From assembly GCA_036278755.1 (NCBI GenBank), contig DASUKL010000114.1, forward strand, positions 7,659-71,658: a DNA stretch of 64,000 bases. The letters run 5' to 3'. The stretch comes from Candidatus Limnocylindrales bacterium. GTDB lineage: Bacteria > Chloroflexota > Limnocylindria > Limnocylindrales > CSP1-4. The translations under genes and the position numbers were made by a program. The notes beneath the pieces are model-generated. The model saw nothing but the letters and a program-made list of their open reading frames with translations, did not search any database and was not told the DNA's origin. Of this stretch, positions 55,738-64,000 are shown piece by piece (within the stretch, counting starts at the first letter, position 1; each line of letters begins with the position of its first letter).

Positions 55738-57110
55738 CCACCGAGCTGGCACGCCCGAGCCCGACGCTCGGGCCCATGGAGCCCACGGCCGCGTCCACCC
55801 TGGCCGCCCGCTTGACCCGGCTCCGAGCCCTGGACACCCGCCTGCGGCCGGCGTCCGAGCTGCCCCGCCCGGCGGCCCGCGCCCCGGCGGGTCCGCTCGT
55901 CGCTGCGGCGCGCCGCACCCGCCTGGCCGAAGCACTGGGGGGCAAGCTGCTGGACACCCCGGCGGGATCGATCGTGGTCGTCGAGCGCGACGTGCCCTTG
56001 CCCTTCGACCCGCTACCGCTCCGGGCGCTCCCCTTCCCCATCGACGCCGACCGGCCCCTGATCATGCTCGACACCGAGACGACGGGCCTGGGCAGCGGCG
56101 CCGGGACCCTGGCATTCTTGGTGGGGCTCGCCTCCTGGAGCGGGGATCGTCTCCATGTCCGCCAACTCTGGCTGGCCGACCAGCCCGAGGAGCCTGCCCT
56201 CCTCGACGCCCTGGCTGCCTCTCTGCCACCGGACGGCTGGCTGGTCACCTACAACGGGCGGGCCTTCGACTGGCCCCTGCTCATCACCCGCTACCGGCTC
56301 CAGCGCCGCAGCCCGCCCCCGCTGGCCGGCCATCTCGACCTCCTGCCGGTGGCCCGCCAGCTGTGGCGCCACCGCCTACCCGATGCCCGGCTGGCCAGCG
56401 TGGAAGCTGGCGTGGCGGGCGTGCGGCGAGGCACGGACCTGCCCGGAGCCCTCGTGCCGGAGCGGTTCCTGCGCTTCCTCCGCGATGGGGATCCGCGGCC
56501 CCTCGTGCCGGTCGGTGAGCACAACCGCCAGGACGTCATCTCCCTGGGTCTGCTGCTGGTCGTCCTGGCCGAGGTCCTGGCCCGGCCCGAGGGCCGGAGC
56601 CGGGCGGCGGCCGGCGACCTGGTCGGCCTGGGGCGCGCCTTCGAGCGAGCCGGCCAGGCCGCTGAGGCGCTGGCCTGCCACGAGGCCGCCCTGGAGCGCG
56701 CCGCTCCGCTCGACCGTAGGGACGGACGGGCCGTGGCCCGACCCGGTGGTCGGCTGCCGACCCTCGATCCGGCCCTCGAACGAGCCCGCCTGCTGCGCCG
56801 CATGGGTCGACGGAGCGAGGCCCTCGAAGCCTGGCGGGCCATCGCCGCCGAAGGCGGGCGACGAGCGATCGGGGCCTGGATCGCCGTGGCCAAGGAGCTC
56901 GAGCACGGAGCTCACGACCCAGCCGCGGCCCTCGAGGCGGTGCGCCAGGCCGAGCAGCTGCTGGCCCGCCGCCGGGCCCTCGGCCTCTTCTTCCGCGAGG
57001 CCGAGCGCGACCTGCCCTACCGCCGGGCGCGGCTCCTGCGGCGGCTGGCCTCGGCGCCGGCTTCGGCTCCGCCCGCGGCCCCAGCCTCCGCCTCGGTCGC
57101 CAGCGGGTAG
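55734..57110 (+). CDS. DEDD-type (RNase T/DnaQ-like) exonuclease with C-terminal TPR-like helical region (MrfB/YprB-like)
   Basis: Exo I motif LIMLDTETTGL, then YNGRAFDWPLL (Exo II-like) and H-x4-D (GEHNRQD). Alanine-rich helical C-terminus. GTGA overlap with the helicase stop. Confidence 0.7.
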   Translation: MTTELARPSPTLGPMEPTAASTLAARLTRLRALDTRLRPASELPRPAARAPAGPLVAAARRTRLAEALGGKLLDTPAGSIVVVERDVPLPFDPLPLRALPFPIDADRPLIMLDTETTGLGSGAGTLAFLVGLASWSGDRLHVRQLWLADQPEEPALLDALAASLPPDGWLVTYNGRAFDWPLLITRYRLQRRSPPPLAGHLDLLPVARQLWRHRLPDARLASVEAGVAGVRRGTDLPGALVPERFLRFLRDGDPRPLVPVGEHNRQDVISLGLLLVVLAEVLARPEGRSRAAAGDLVGLGRAFERAGQAAEALACHEAALERAAPLDRRDGRAVARPGGRLPTLDPALERARLLRRMGRRSEALEAWRAIAAEGGRRAIGAWIAVAKELEHGAHDPAAALEAVRQAEQLLARRRALGLFFREAERDLPYRRARLLRRLASAPASAPPAAPASASVASG

Positions 57111-57949
57111 AGCGGGACGCGGGGGTCAGGCGCCATGGTCGGCCAACGGTCGCGGACCCAGACCAGGTCGGGATCGTCGGTACAGGCCATCGTGCGCCGA
57201 TCGCCGGCCAGGACGTTGAGGTACCAGGCGTCGTAGCCATGGGTCGCCACGAAGGGGTGATAGCCGTCCGGGACGAGGACCGTGTCGCGGTCGCGGACCG
57301 CCCACAGGGCGTCGCGGGGCCCCCCGATCCGGCTGTCGGCCCGCCGGTAGAGGCGCTGCACGCCCCAGGCTCGCGGATCACGGAAGCGATAGTGGTAGAG
57401 CTCCTCGAGGACGGCCTCGGCGGGCATAGCGTCGACGTCGTGCTTGTGGGGCGGCCAGCTGGACCAGTTGCCCGAGGGCGTGAGCACCTCGACCGCCAGC
57501 AGGCGGGCGGCCGGGAAGTCGGGCTTGACGATGTGGTTGATCTGGCGCGTGGCGTTGCCCGCGCCGCGGATCTCCACCTCGACGTCGGCCGGTTCGATGA
57601 TGATGGGCACGCCGGCCCGACCGCGCGCACGTCCTGACTGGCCCGCGGCCGCACCGACCGGAGCGCGGCCGATGGCCACCTCCACGGCGGCGGAGCCAGC
57701 GGACGCACGACCGACCAATCGGCCCGCGGCGGCGGGCGGCAGGTAGACCGCGGTCGGCAGCCCGTCGAACGGTCCGCTGCGCCCGACCAGCTGGCGCCGG
57801 CGCCCGTCGAGGTCGAGGTCCAGGCCGCCGCCACCGATGACGACGACCAGGGCCTCATCGGCGGGCCCGGTCAGTGGCTCCAAGGGCTGCCTGTCGCCCA
57901 GCCGCAGCGTCTCGAAGCTCAGGTACCGCCAGCCGGCCTGCGCAGGGTC
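57017..57949 (-). CDS. iolB: 5-deoxy-glucuronate isomerase-like (IolB/KduI cupin family); both ends uncertain
   Basis: …GWRYLSFETLRLGD… N-terminus, cupin core (HKHDVDAMPAEAVLEELYHYRF...). Six-frame ORF over-extended to 58087. The 3' end overlaps the convergent mrfB-like gene by ~94 bp. Confidence 0.6.
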   Translation of the reverse strand, partial: DPAQAGWRYLSFETLRLGDRQPLEPLTGPADEALVVVIGGGGLDLDLDGRRRQLVGRSGPFDGLPTAVYLPPAAAGRLVGRASAGSAAVEVAIGRAPVGAAAGQSGRARGRAGVPIIIEPADVEVEIRGAGNATRQINHIVKPDFPAARLLAVEVLTPSGNWSSWPPHKHDVDAMPAEAVLEELYHYRFRDPRAWGVQRLYRRADSRIGGPRDALWAVRDRDTVLVPDGYHPFVATHGYDAWYLNVLAGDRRTMACTDDPDLVWVRDRWPTMAPDPRVPLYPLATEAEAGAAGGAEAGAEASRRRSRARR

Positions 57950-58076
57950 CACCTGCGACCGGCCCGCCGCATCTGCCGCCAGATGCAGGCGGGCGGGAGG
58001 CAGGTCGTTGGGCGGCGCCGTGGGGGCCGGCGCGGCCGCCAACCCCGCCCGGGCGCGGACATCGGCCGGCCTCGGC

Positions 58077-59009
58077 TCAGAACCCACGGGCGCGGAGGTA
58101 GGCGCGGTTCCGGGTCTGGAGGGCCAGTATGGCCGCGGGCGTGTCCGCGCTGGTCAGGAAGCGATCCTGTTCGACGACCACCCAGCCATCGTAGCCCGAG
58201 GTGCGGAGAGCGGCCAGGAAGTCCTCGATGCTCGCCGAGCCCGTGCCGAGCTCGCAGAAGACGCCCCGCCGCCAGGCCTGCTCCATGCCACCCCCGTCGC
58301 TCCGCACCGCGTCCATGAGGGCCAGGTCGCAGTCCTTGACGTGGACGTGTCGGACTAGCGACCCGTAGTCACGCAGCAGATCGATGGGATCGACGCCCCC
58401 GAAGCGGGCATGTCCGGTGTCGAGGCAGAGACCGCACAGATGAGGATCGAGGGCCTCGGCCAGGCGCCGGATCTCGTCGCCGGTCTCGATGTACGAGCCG
58501 GCATGGGAGTGGAAGACCGGCTCGAAGCCACGGCCGCGGGCCAACTCGGCGGCCCGGTGGAGGTTGTCGACAAGGAGCTGGAACCGCTCCGCGGACAGCC
58601 AGGTCTCGGGATGCTCGGCCACCCGACCGGCCCACCGCATGCGGTCGGGTTCGATGGAGGAATCGGACAGGACGGCCTTGGGCCGCACGAGATCGGGCTG
58701 GGCCTCGGCCAGGAGATCCAGCACCCCGAGCATCCAGGTCCGGTCCTCGGCCACGCACTCGGCCCGGCTGAAGCGCTGCGGCAGGAAGGCGCCGACCAGG
58801 GAGAGCCCCCGCCGGCGCAGGCGCTCGGCCACGGCGGGCCCATCGCCCAGGAAGCCGGGCGGCCCGAGCTCCGTGCCGTCATAGCCGGCGGCCGCCATCT
58901 GATCGAGGACGAGATCGGGCCCCGGCAGGCCAGGATCGCCTTCGGTCATCTCGAACACGCCCCACGAGACGGGCGCGGCAGCGACCGTCGACAGACGCTG
59001 GGTGGTCAT
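58077..59009 (-). CDS. Sugar-phosphate isomerase/epimerase (xylose-isomerase-like TIM barrel; inosose dehydratase IolE-like)
   Basis: …VFHSHAGSYIETGDEIRRL…CLDTGHARFGGVDP…VKDCD… are metal-binding His/Asp/Glu of the AP-endonuclease 2/TIM family. Confidence 0.7.
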   Translation of the reverse strand: MTTQRLSTVAAAPVSWGVFEMTEGDPGLPGPDLVLDQMAAAGYDGTELGPPGFLGDGPAVAERLRRRGLSLVGAFLPQRFSRAECVAEDRTWMLGVLDLLAEAQPDLVRPKAVLSDSSIEPDRMRWAGRVAEHPETWLSAERFQLLVDNLHRAAELARGRGFEPVFHSHAGSYIETGDEIRRLAEALDPHLCGLCLDTGHARFGGVDPIDLLRDYGSLVRHVHVKDCDLALMDAVRSDGGGMEQAWRRGVFCELGTGSASIEDFLAALRTSGYDGWVVVEQDRFLTSADTPAAILALQTRNRAYLRARGF

Positions 59010-59086
59010 GACGCTCCCTTCGCGATCGGCTGGACGCGCGCCGAGGTCGCAGTATAGCCGGCGATCTGCAATCGATTACCCCCCTC

Positions 59087-60481
59087 CTATCCGCAGGGGC
59101 TGGTGCTGTCCGCACGCCTCAGGAGGCGGCCATCCCAGTGCAACCAGCGGATCACCCCAGCCTCGTCCCGGATGAACTCGCCGCGCCGGTCGAGCTCCGG
59201 CTCCTCGCCGGTCACGACGCGGTCTTCGTCGAGCTCCCGGAGCTCGACCGGCGCGGCATCATCAGGAGGCTGCCGGCCGGGCCGAGCGTGCGTCCTGACG
59301 ACAGCCTGCAGGGTGCCACGCTCACGCCGCACCACCACATCCCTCATGGTGCCCAGATAGTCGCCCGCAAATTCGCGTTGCCGCGATGGCGCGATCCTCG
59401 AGGTGGGGGGCGGATCCGTGGAGAGGCCCAGCAAGCGCCGGAACAGGTGACGTCGAAGGCTGCGGCTGAGGGCCGCGCCACCGTCCGCATTGGTCAGGAC
59501 CACGAAGCCGAAGCGTCGAGCCGGGACCAGGACGATCTCGGACAGCTGTCCATTCGTCTCGCCGCCGTGGCTGACCGTCCGGACCCCGTCCACCTCGTCC
59601 AGTTGCCACGACAGGCCCATGCTCAGGCAAGTGCTGCGCGCACCGACCTGCGGTCGCTCCATCTCCTCCAGGAGAGCCTTTGGGAGGAGCCGATCCCCGG
59701 TCGCGGTACGACCGTCGCCGAGATGGAAACGGAGGTAGGCCAGATCGTCCCGCACGTCCGTCACGACCCCGCCGTGAGCGGCCGCAGCGCGCTCCAGGGC
59801 CCAGGGCCGGGCCACGGTGGGCCGGCCATCCCTCATGTGGTGGCCCACCGCCACGCGATCGGTCACGACGTCGTCAGGCAGGAGCAAGGTGTGACCCATG
59901 CCCAGGGGCACCAGCAGGTCCTGCCGCAGCAGACGGTCGTAGGCGTCGCCGCGCAGCACCTCGAGCAGGCGGCCAAGGACCGCGAAATTCGCGTTGCTGT
60001 AGGCGAACAGCGCGCCGGGCGGCGCGTGCAGGCCCATGGTCGGGAGGGCCTCCACCAGACGGGCGAGCGCATCGTCCCCCCGCGCCCCGACCGGATGCAT
60101 CAGGAAGTGGTCCCCGTCCCAACCGCTCATATGGGTCAGGAGATGGCGGACCGTGAGGGCGGCGGCCCAGTCGTCTCGTCCGAGGCGGATGTCGAGATAG
60201 CGTCGCAGCGGGGCGTCGAGGTCGAGCTCACCAGCGGCCACGTGCTGCATGACGAGCGTCGCCGTCATCGTCTTCGTCGTCGAACCGATCTGGAAGAGGG
60301 TCCGATCCGTGACCAGCAGGGGGTGATCGACGTTCGTGACGCCTGCGCATCGGACGAGCTCCTGGTCGTCGAGGACGATGCCCAGGGCCGCACCGGGGAC
60401 CTGCCAGCGCGACATCTGCCGGTCCAGCAGGGCCTCGATCTCGGGGCCGACGAACGCGAGGGGCTCCCCCTCGATCGTCAT
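59087..60481 (-). CDS. Serine hydrolase of the beta-lactamase/penicillin-binding fold (D-aminopeptidase / D-stereospecific peptidase-like)
   Basis: S-x-x-K active site FQIGSTTKTMTA, YSN motif (FAYSNANFAVLG), HGG-type box (VSHGGETNG). C-terminal ~100-aa extra domain. Confidence 0.8.
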   Translation of the reverse strand: MTIEGEPLAFVGPEIEALLDRQMSRWQVPGAALGIVLDDQELVRCAGVTNVDHPLLVTDRTLFQIGSTTKTMTATLVMQHVAAGELDLDAPLRRYLDIRLGRDDWAAALTVRHLLTHMSGWDGDHFLMHPVGARGDDALARLVEALPTMGLHAPPGALFAYSNANFAVLGRLLEVLRGDAYDRLLRQDLLVPLGMGHTLLLPDDVVTDRVAVGHHMRDGRPTVARPWALERAAAAHGGVVTDVRDDLAYLRFHLGDGRTATGDRLLPKALLEEMERPQVGARSTCLSMGLSWQLDEVDGVRTVSHGGETNGQLSEIVLVPARRFGFVVLTNADGGAALSRSLRRHLFRRLLGLSTDPPPTSRIAPSRQREFAGDYLGTMRDVVVRRERGTLQAVVRTHARPGRQPPDDAAPVELRELDEDRVVTGEEPELDRRGEFIRDEAGVIRWLHWDGRLLRRADSTSPCG

Positions 60482-62100
60482 CTGCGTCGCCCCGAGGGCC
60501 TGACATGGCGGAGGACCGTCCCGGCCGGGACTCCGGTATCGACCCCATCATCGATGACGACCTGACCGTTGACGATGACCGCCCTGATCCCGACCGCGAA
60601 GCGATGCGGATCCTCGTACGTGGCGTCATCACGCACCGTGGATGGATCGAAGACAACGAGATCAGCTTTGGCGCCACGGCGGAGCAGGCCGCGGTCCGAC
60701 AAGCCGAGCAGGCTCGCCGGCAACGCCGACATCTTACGGACCGCGGCCTCCAGCGAGAGCAGCTGAGCATCGCGCACGTATCTCCCCAGGACACGCACGA
60801 ACGTCCCATAGCTGCGCGGGTGCGGGCGGCCACCGGCCGACGGGTCGAGCGTCCAGCCATCGCTGGCCACCGCGACCATCGGGTGCGACATCACCCGCCG
60901 CACATCGTCCTCGGCGATGCGACCGTCGGTCACCGTCTCGATCAGGCCTCCATTGCGCGCGAGCAGATCGAGAAGCAGGTCCACCGGTTCAGCCCCTCGG
61001 GTCCTGGCAGCCTCCGACAGGCGCTGACCCTCCAGGTCAGCGTCAGGTCCGTCCGGCACATGCCCCAGGAGGATGTTCTGCGGAAGGAAGTCATAGGCCC
61101 CCCGCTGGACCGAAGGTGACGTCCCGAGGATCTCCTCGCGCAGCCGAGCGCGCACCGCCGGCTCGGCGAGGCGGGCCTGGAGCCCCTCGACCCCATCCGC
61201 CAGGGCCCAGCGAGGCACCGTCGTCAGCAACGTCGTGCTGCTCGCATCGTAGGGATACTGGTCGGCCCGGACGTCCTGCCCACTCGCCCGGGCTTGGTCG
61301 ATGAGTTCGAGCGCCTGCTCGACCTGCCCCCAGTTGCGGCGCTCGAGCACCTTGAGGTGGCTGATCTCGACCGGCACTCGTGCCTCGGCGCCGATGGCGA
61401 TCGCCTCCCGCACCGCCTCGATCAGCCCATCCGCTTCGTTCCGCACGTGGGTCGCATAGAAGCCGCCGAAGCGATGAGCCACCTCTGCCAGGGCAACGAC
61501 CTCGTCGGCTGCGGCATAGCAGGCCGGGGCGTAGGAGAGGCCCGACGAGAGTCCGAATACGCCGGCCTCGAAGGCGCCGGCGACGAGGCCGCGCATCTCC
61601 TCCAGCTCCGCGGCACGCGGTGCACGACGTTCGAACCCCATGACCGCGATCCGTGTCGCACCGTGCCCGACCAGAAGGGCCACGTTACAGGCGAGGCTGG
61701 CCCGATCGAGGGTCGCCAGGTAGCCGCTTGCATCCTCCCACTCCCAGTCGAGCACATCGCCGTGGAAGGCCGTCGCCTCACGCAGCTCTCGGCGATGATC
61801 GGGACGCACCGGGAACGGCGTTGAGCCACAGTTGCCCGCGACCAGGGTCGTCACTCCCTGGCGGACCATCGCCAGGGCACGCGGATATGCCGGGATGGTG
61901 AAGTCGACGTGGGTGTGCAGATCGATGAATCCCGGCGCCACCACGAGGCCCTCGGCAGCGATGGTGCGCCGCGCTCGGACCTTCGATGCATCGGGGCCCG
62001 TGGCCATGATCGTATCCCCTGAGATGGCGATGTCGCCGCGCAGCCCGGGCCTACCGGAACCGTCTACGATCGTCGCCCCACGGATGACGAGATCATGCAC
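60478..62100 (-). CDS. N-acyl-D-amino-acid deacylase (D-aminoacylase), amidohydrolase superfamily
   Basis: VHDLVIRGATIVDGSGRP...APGFIDLHTHVDF (metal-binding HxH). Probable GTG start at 62100; six-frame ORF extends to 62196. ATGA-type overlap with the serine hydrolase start. Confidence 0.8.
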   Translation of the reverse strand: MHDLVIRGATIVDGSGRPGLRGDIAISGDTIMATGPDASKVRARRTIAAEGLVVAPGFIDLHTHVDFTIPAYPRALAMVRQGVTTLVAGNCGSTPFPVRPDHRRELREATAFHGDVLDWEWEDASGYLATLDRASLACNVALLVGHGATRIAVMGFERRAPRAAELEEMRGLVAGAFEAGVFGLSSGLSYAPACYAAADEVVALAEVAHRFGGFYATHVRNEADGLIEAVREAIAIGAEARVPVEISHLKVLERRNWGQVEQALELIDQARASGQDVRADQYPYDASSTTLLTTVPRWALADGVEGLQARLAEPAVRARLREEILGTSPSVQRGAYDFLPQNILLGHVPDGPDADLEGQRLSEAARTRGAEPVDLLLDLLARNGGLIETVTDGRIAEDDVRRVMSHPMVAVASDGWTLDPSAGGRPHPRSYGTFVRVLGRYVRDAQLLSLEAAVRKMSALPASLLGLSDRGLLRRGAKADLVVFDPSTVRDDATYEDPHRFAVGIRAVIVNGQVVIDDGVDTGVPAGTVLRHVRPSGRRR

Positions 62101-62269
62101 CGGATCGTGTCCCTTCCTTGAATACCTCGAGGCGATGCCCGGTGTCGGGCCCGGCACCGGAACGACGAGATAGCGGGGACGGGCAGCCCGAAACATCGTC
62201 GGCTATCGTTACGAGCCACGAAAGCGAATGCCGGGTCCACGACCTCGGGTCACCTTGGACATCAATCGA

Positions 62270-63367
62270 ATGAGGGGTGAGAACGTGCCGCGACCGATCG
62301 ATCGAGAACTGCTGGACAGTCTGCCGACGCCGTGTCTGGTGATCGATGCCGCGGCCGCTCGTAGGAATATCGAGCGGGCCGCGATGATCGCTCGCACTGC
62401 ACGGATGGCGATCCGCCCCCACTTCAAGGCGCACAAGATGACGACCCTGATGCGAGAACAGGTCGACGCGGGTGCGAGCGGCGTGACCTGTCAGACCGGA
62501 CGCGAGGCGCTCGTGCTGGCGCGGGCCGGGTTCCGGGACATCCTCGTGGCCAATGAGATCGTCGATCCTGAAAGCATCGCGGAGTTGACCCAGGCAGCGG
62601 ATCTGGCGACGGTCAGCGTAGCCGTCGATCAGCCTGAGCAGATCGACCTGCTCGCGGCGCGCATGGGCTCTCGACCGAGCAGCTTGGGTGTCGTCGTCGA
62701 ACTTGATGTGGGCGGCCACCGCTGCGGAGTGGAGCCCACCAGCCCGGAGTTGCTCGCGCTCGTGGACCGCGTCGGACAGGTGCCCGGGCTCGCATTCGCA
62801 GGACTGCTGGCGTATGAAGGTCACCTCAGTCTTCTGCCCGGCCGTCGCGCCAGGCGAACGGGGCTGAGGCAGGTGGTCAGGCTCATTTCCCTGGCCCGAG
62901 AGGCTTTGGCACGAGCCGGCTTCACGGCCGACATCATCACGGGCGGCGGGACCGGGACCCTGGACTTGCTTGGGGCGGCCGGCGCGCACACGGAGGCTCA
63001 GCCGGGGTCGTACGTGCTGATGGATGCGACCTACAGCCGCTTGCGGGTCCCGTTCGAGCCGGCCCTCTTCGCTGTCGCTCGCGTGCTGAGTCTGCGACGA
63101 GGGGAACGGGCGGTACTGGACGCCGGCCTGAAGTCCCTGTCCATGGAGTACGGCCTGCCCCGCTCGATGCGTAGAGGCTTGACGATCGTCGGGCTGGCTG
63201 ACGAGCACGCGCGCGCACGTCTCGGGGCGACGACTCGTCTGGAGCTCGGCGAGCCGATCCTTATCCAACCCAGTCACATCGACCCAACGGTCAACCTGCA
63301 CCCGCGCGTGTTCGTCGCCGACGAGGGGACGATCCACACGTGGGCCGTGGATGGCCGGCGTTCGTAG
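62270..63367 (+). CDS. PLP-dependent alanine-racemase-fold enzyme of the DSD1 family (D-serine dehydratase / D-threonine aldolase-like)
   Basis: PTPCLVIDAAAARRNIERA...IRPHFKAHKMTTLMREQ (PLP-Lys region), ...VDVGGHRCGV... Alternative GTG start at 62285 has a GAGGGG Shine-Dalgarno sequence; the six-frame ORF begins at 62228. Confidence 0.7.
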   Translation: MRGENVPRPIDRELLDSLPTPCLVIDAAAARRNIERAAMIARTARMAIRPHFKAHKMTTLMREQVDAGASGVTCQTGREALVLARAGFRDILVANEIVDPESIAELTQAADLATVSVAVDQPEQIDLLAARMGSRPSSLGVVVELDVGGHRCGVEPTSPELLALVDRVGQVPGLAFAGLLAYEGHLSLLPGRRARRTGLRQVVRLISLAREALARAGFTADIITGGGTGTLDLLGAAGAHTEAQPGSYVLMDATYSRLRVPFEPALFAVARVLSLRRGERAVLDAGLKSLSMEYGLPRSMRRGLTIVGLADEHARARLGATTRLELGEPILIQPSHIDPTVNLHPRVFVADEGTIHTWAVDGRRS

Positions 63368-63441
63368 TGCAAGGAGGCTCCCCGTCGACCTCCGCGGAGG
63401 AGGTCGACGGGGAGCAGGAGGAGGAGAAGATCAGGGTTGCC

Positions 63442-64000
63442 TCAGGGCAGCGTCTGGAGCCAGGCGTTCCAGCGGTCCGTAACGGTCTGCTGGTTCTTCT
63501 GGACCCAATCGACGTCCTGCGGGACGGTGTTCTCCCAGTTCCCGGGCGCTCCGGCGTGGTACTTCTGCTCCGAGGCAGGGATCGCCTGGGTCACGGCCGG
63601 CAACGGCATGTCGTAGCCGGTGATCTTCTGGAAATCCAGAGCTCGGCTGATCGCATCCTGATCAGCCCGGAAGAAGAAGTCGAGGAACGCCTTGGCCGCC
63701 TTCGGATGCGGAGCCTTCTTGAGGATCCCCCACCCGCCGATGTCCTGTGAGGCTCCCGGCCAGGCGAAGCCGACCGGCAGGCCTTCGCCCTGCAGGACCA
63801 CAGCGCGGCCCGAGTACGAAGCCCCGATGGTGACTTCCTCGTTCCGCCACAGCGTCTGAGCCTGATCCCCGGAGGTCCAGGCGTAGTCGATCGACGACTT
63901 GATCTCGTCGAGCTTGGCGAACGCACGATCGAGGTCCATGGGGTAGATCTGATCCGGCGGGACGCCATCGGCCCACAGCGCCGTCTGGAGCATGTAGATC
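63442..64000 (-). CDS. Extracellular solute-binding protein (ABC transporter, family 1), C-terminal part; N-terminus lies beyond the window end
   Basis: C-terminal 183 aa …DLDRAFAKLDEIKSSIDYAWTSGDQAQTLW…WENTVPQDVDWVQKNQQTV… typical of PotD/PotF-type binding-protein C-lobes. Confidence 0.7.
   Translation of the reverse strand, partial: IYMLQTALWADGVPPDQIYPMDLDRAFAKLDEIKSSIDYAWTSGDQAQTLWRNEEVTIGASYSGRAVVLQGEGLPVGFAWPGASQDIGGWGILKKAPHPKAAKAFLDFFFRADQDAISRALDFQKITGYDMPLPAVTQAIPASEQKYHAGAPGNWENTVPQDVDWVQKNQQTVTDRWNAWLQTLP

Overview
High-GC (~70%) bacterial chromosomal window, mostly core housekeeping genes, with most real coding on the minus strand. Overlapping start/stop codons (ATGA/GTGA) are frequent. 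Many long six-frame ORFs are antisense or fused-frame artefacts typical of high-GC DNA.

Content in order:
- dnaE 5' end (partial)
- a BMP-family nucleoside ABC transporter operon and a CoA-binding protein
- gatC-gatA-[aminotransferase]-gatB-[92-aa membrane protein], aspS, hisS, relA
- a long translationally coupled minus-strand gene train: topA-xerC-murJ-five tandem FemAB-family paralogs-murE-FemAB
- a CAP-domain secreted protein, comM-dprA, an orphan REC+MinD/CpaE-like ATPase, nfeD-stomatin, tyrA, a LuxR response regulator
- a Pro/Thr-rich anchored protein, ligT, ppa
- a DnaB-C/KaiC-like RecA-fold ATPase fused onto a MoxR-DUF58-DUF4129 operon
- M20 peptidase, ftsH, tRNA-Met(CAT)
- a periodic GCGTGAC repeat array, a DivIC/FtsB-like gene, a 20-bp perfect palindrome
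- a GAAC-N4-GTTC SOS-like box in front of an MrfA/MrfB-like helicase-exonuclease pair
- iolB/iolE-like genes, a D-amino-acid/peptide catabolic cluster (serine hydrolase, D-aminoacylase, DSD1-family PLP enzyme) and a partial solute-binding protein

The most unusual feature is the five-fold FemAB expansion embedded between murJ and murE, where MurE carries a non-canonical DEDPR motif. This implies an elaborate, stepwise-built peptidoglycan interpeptide bridge.
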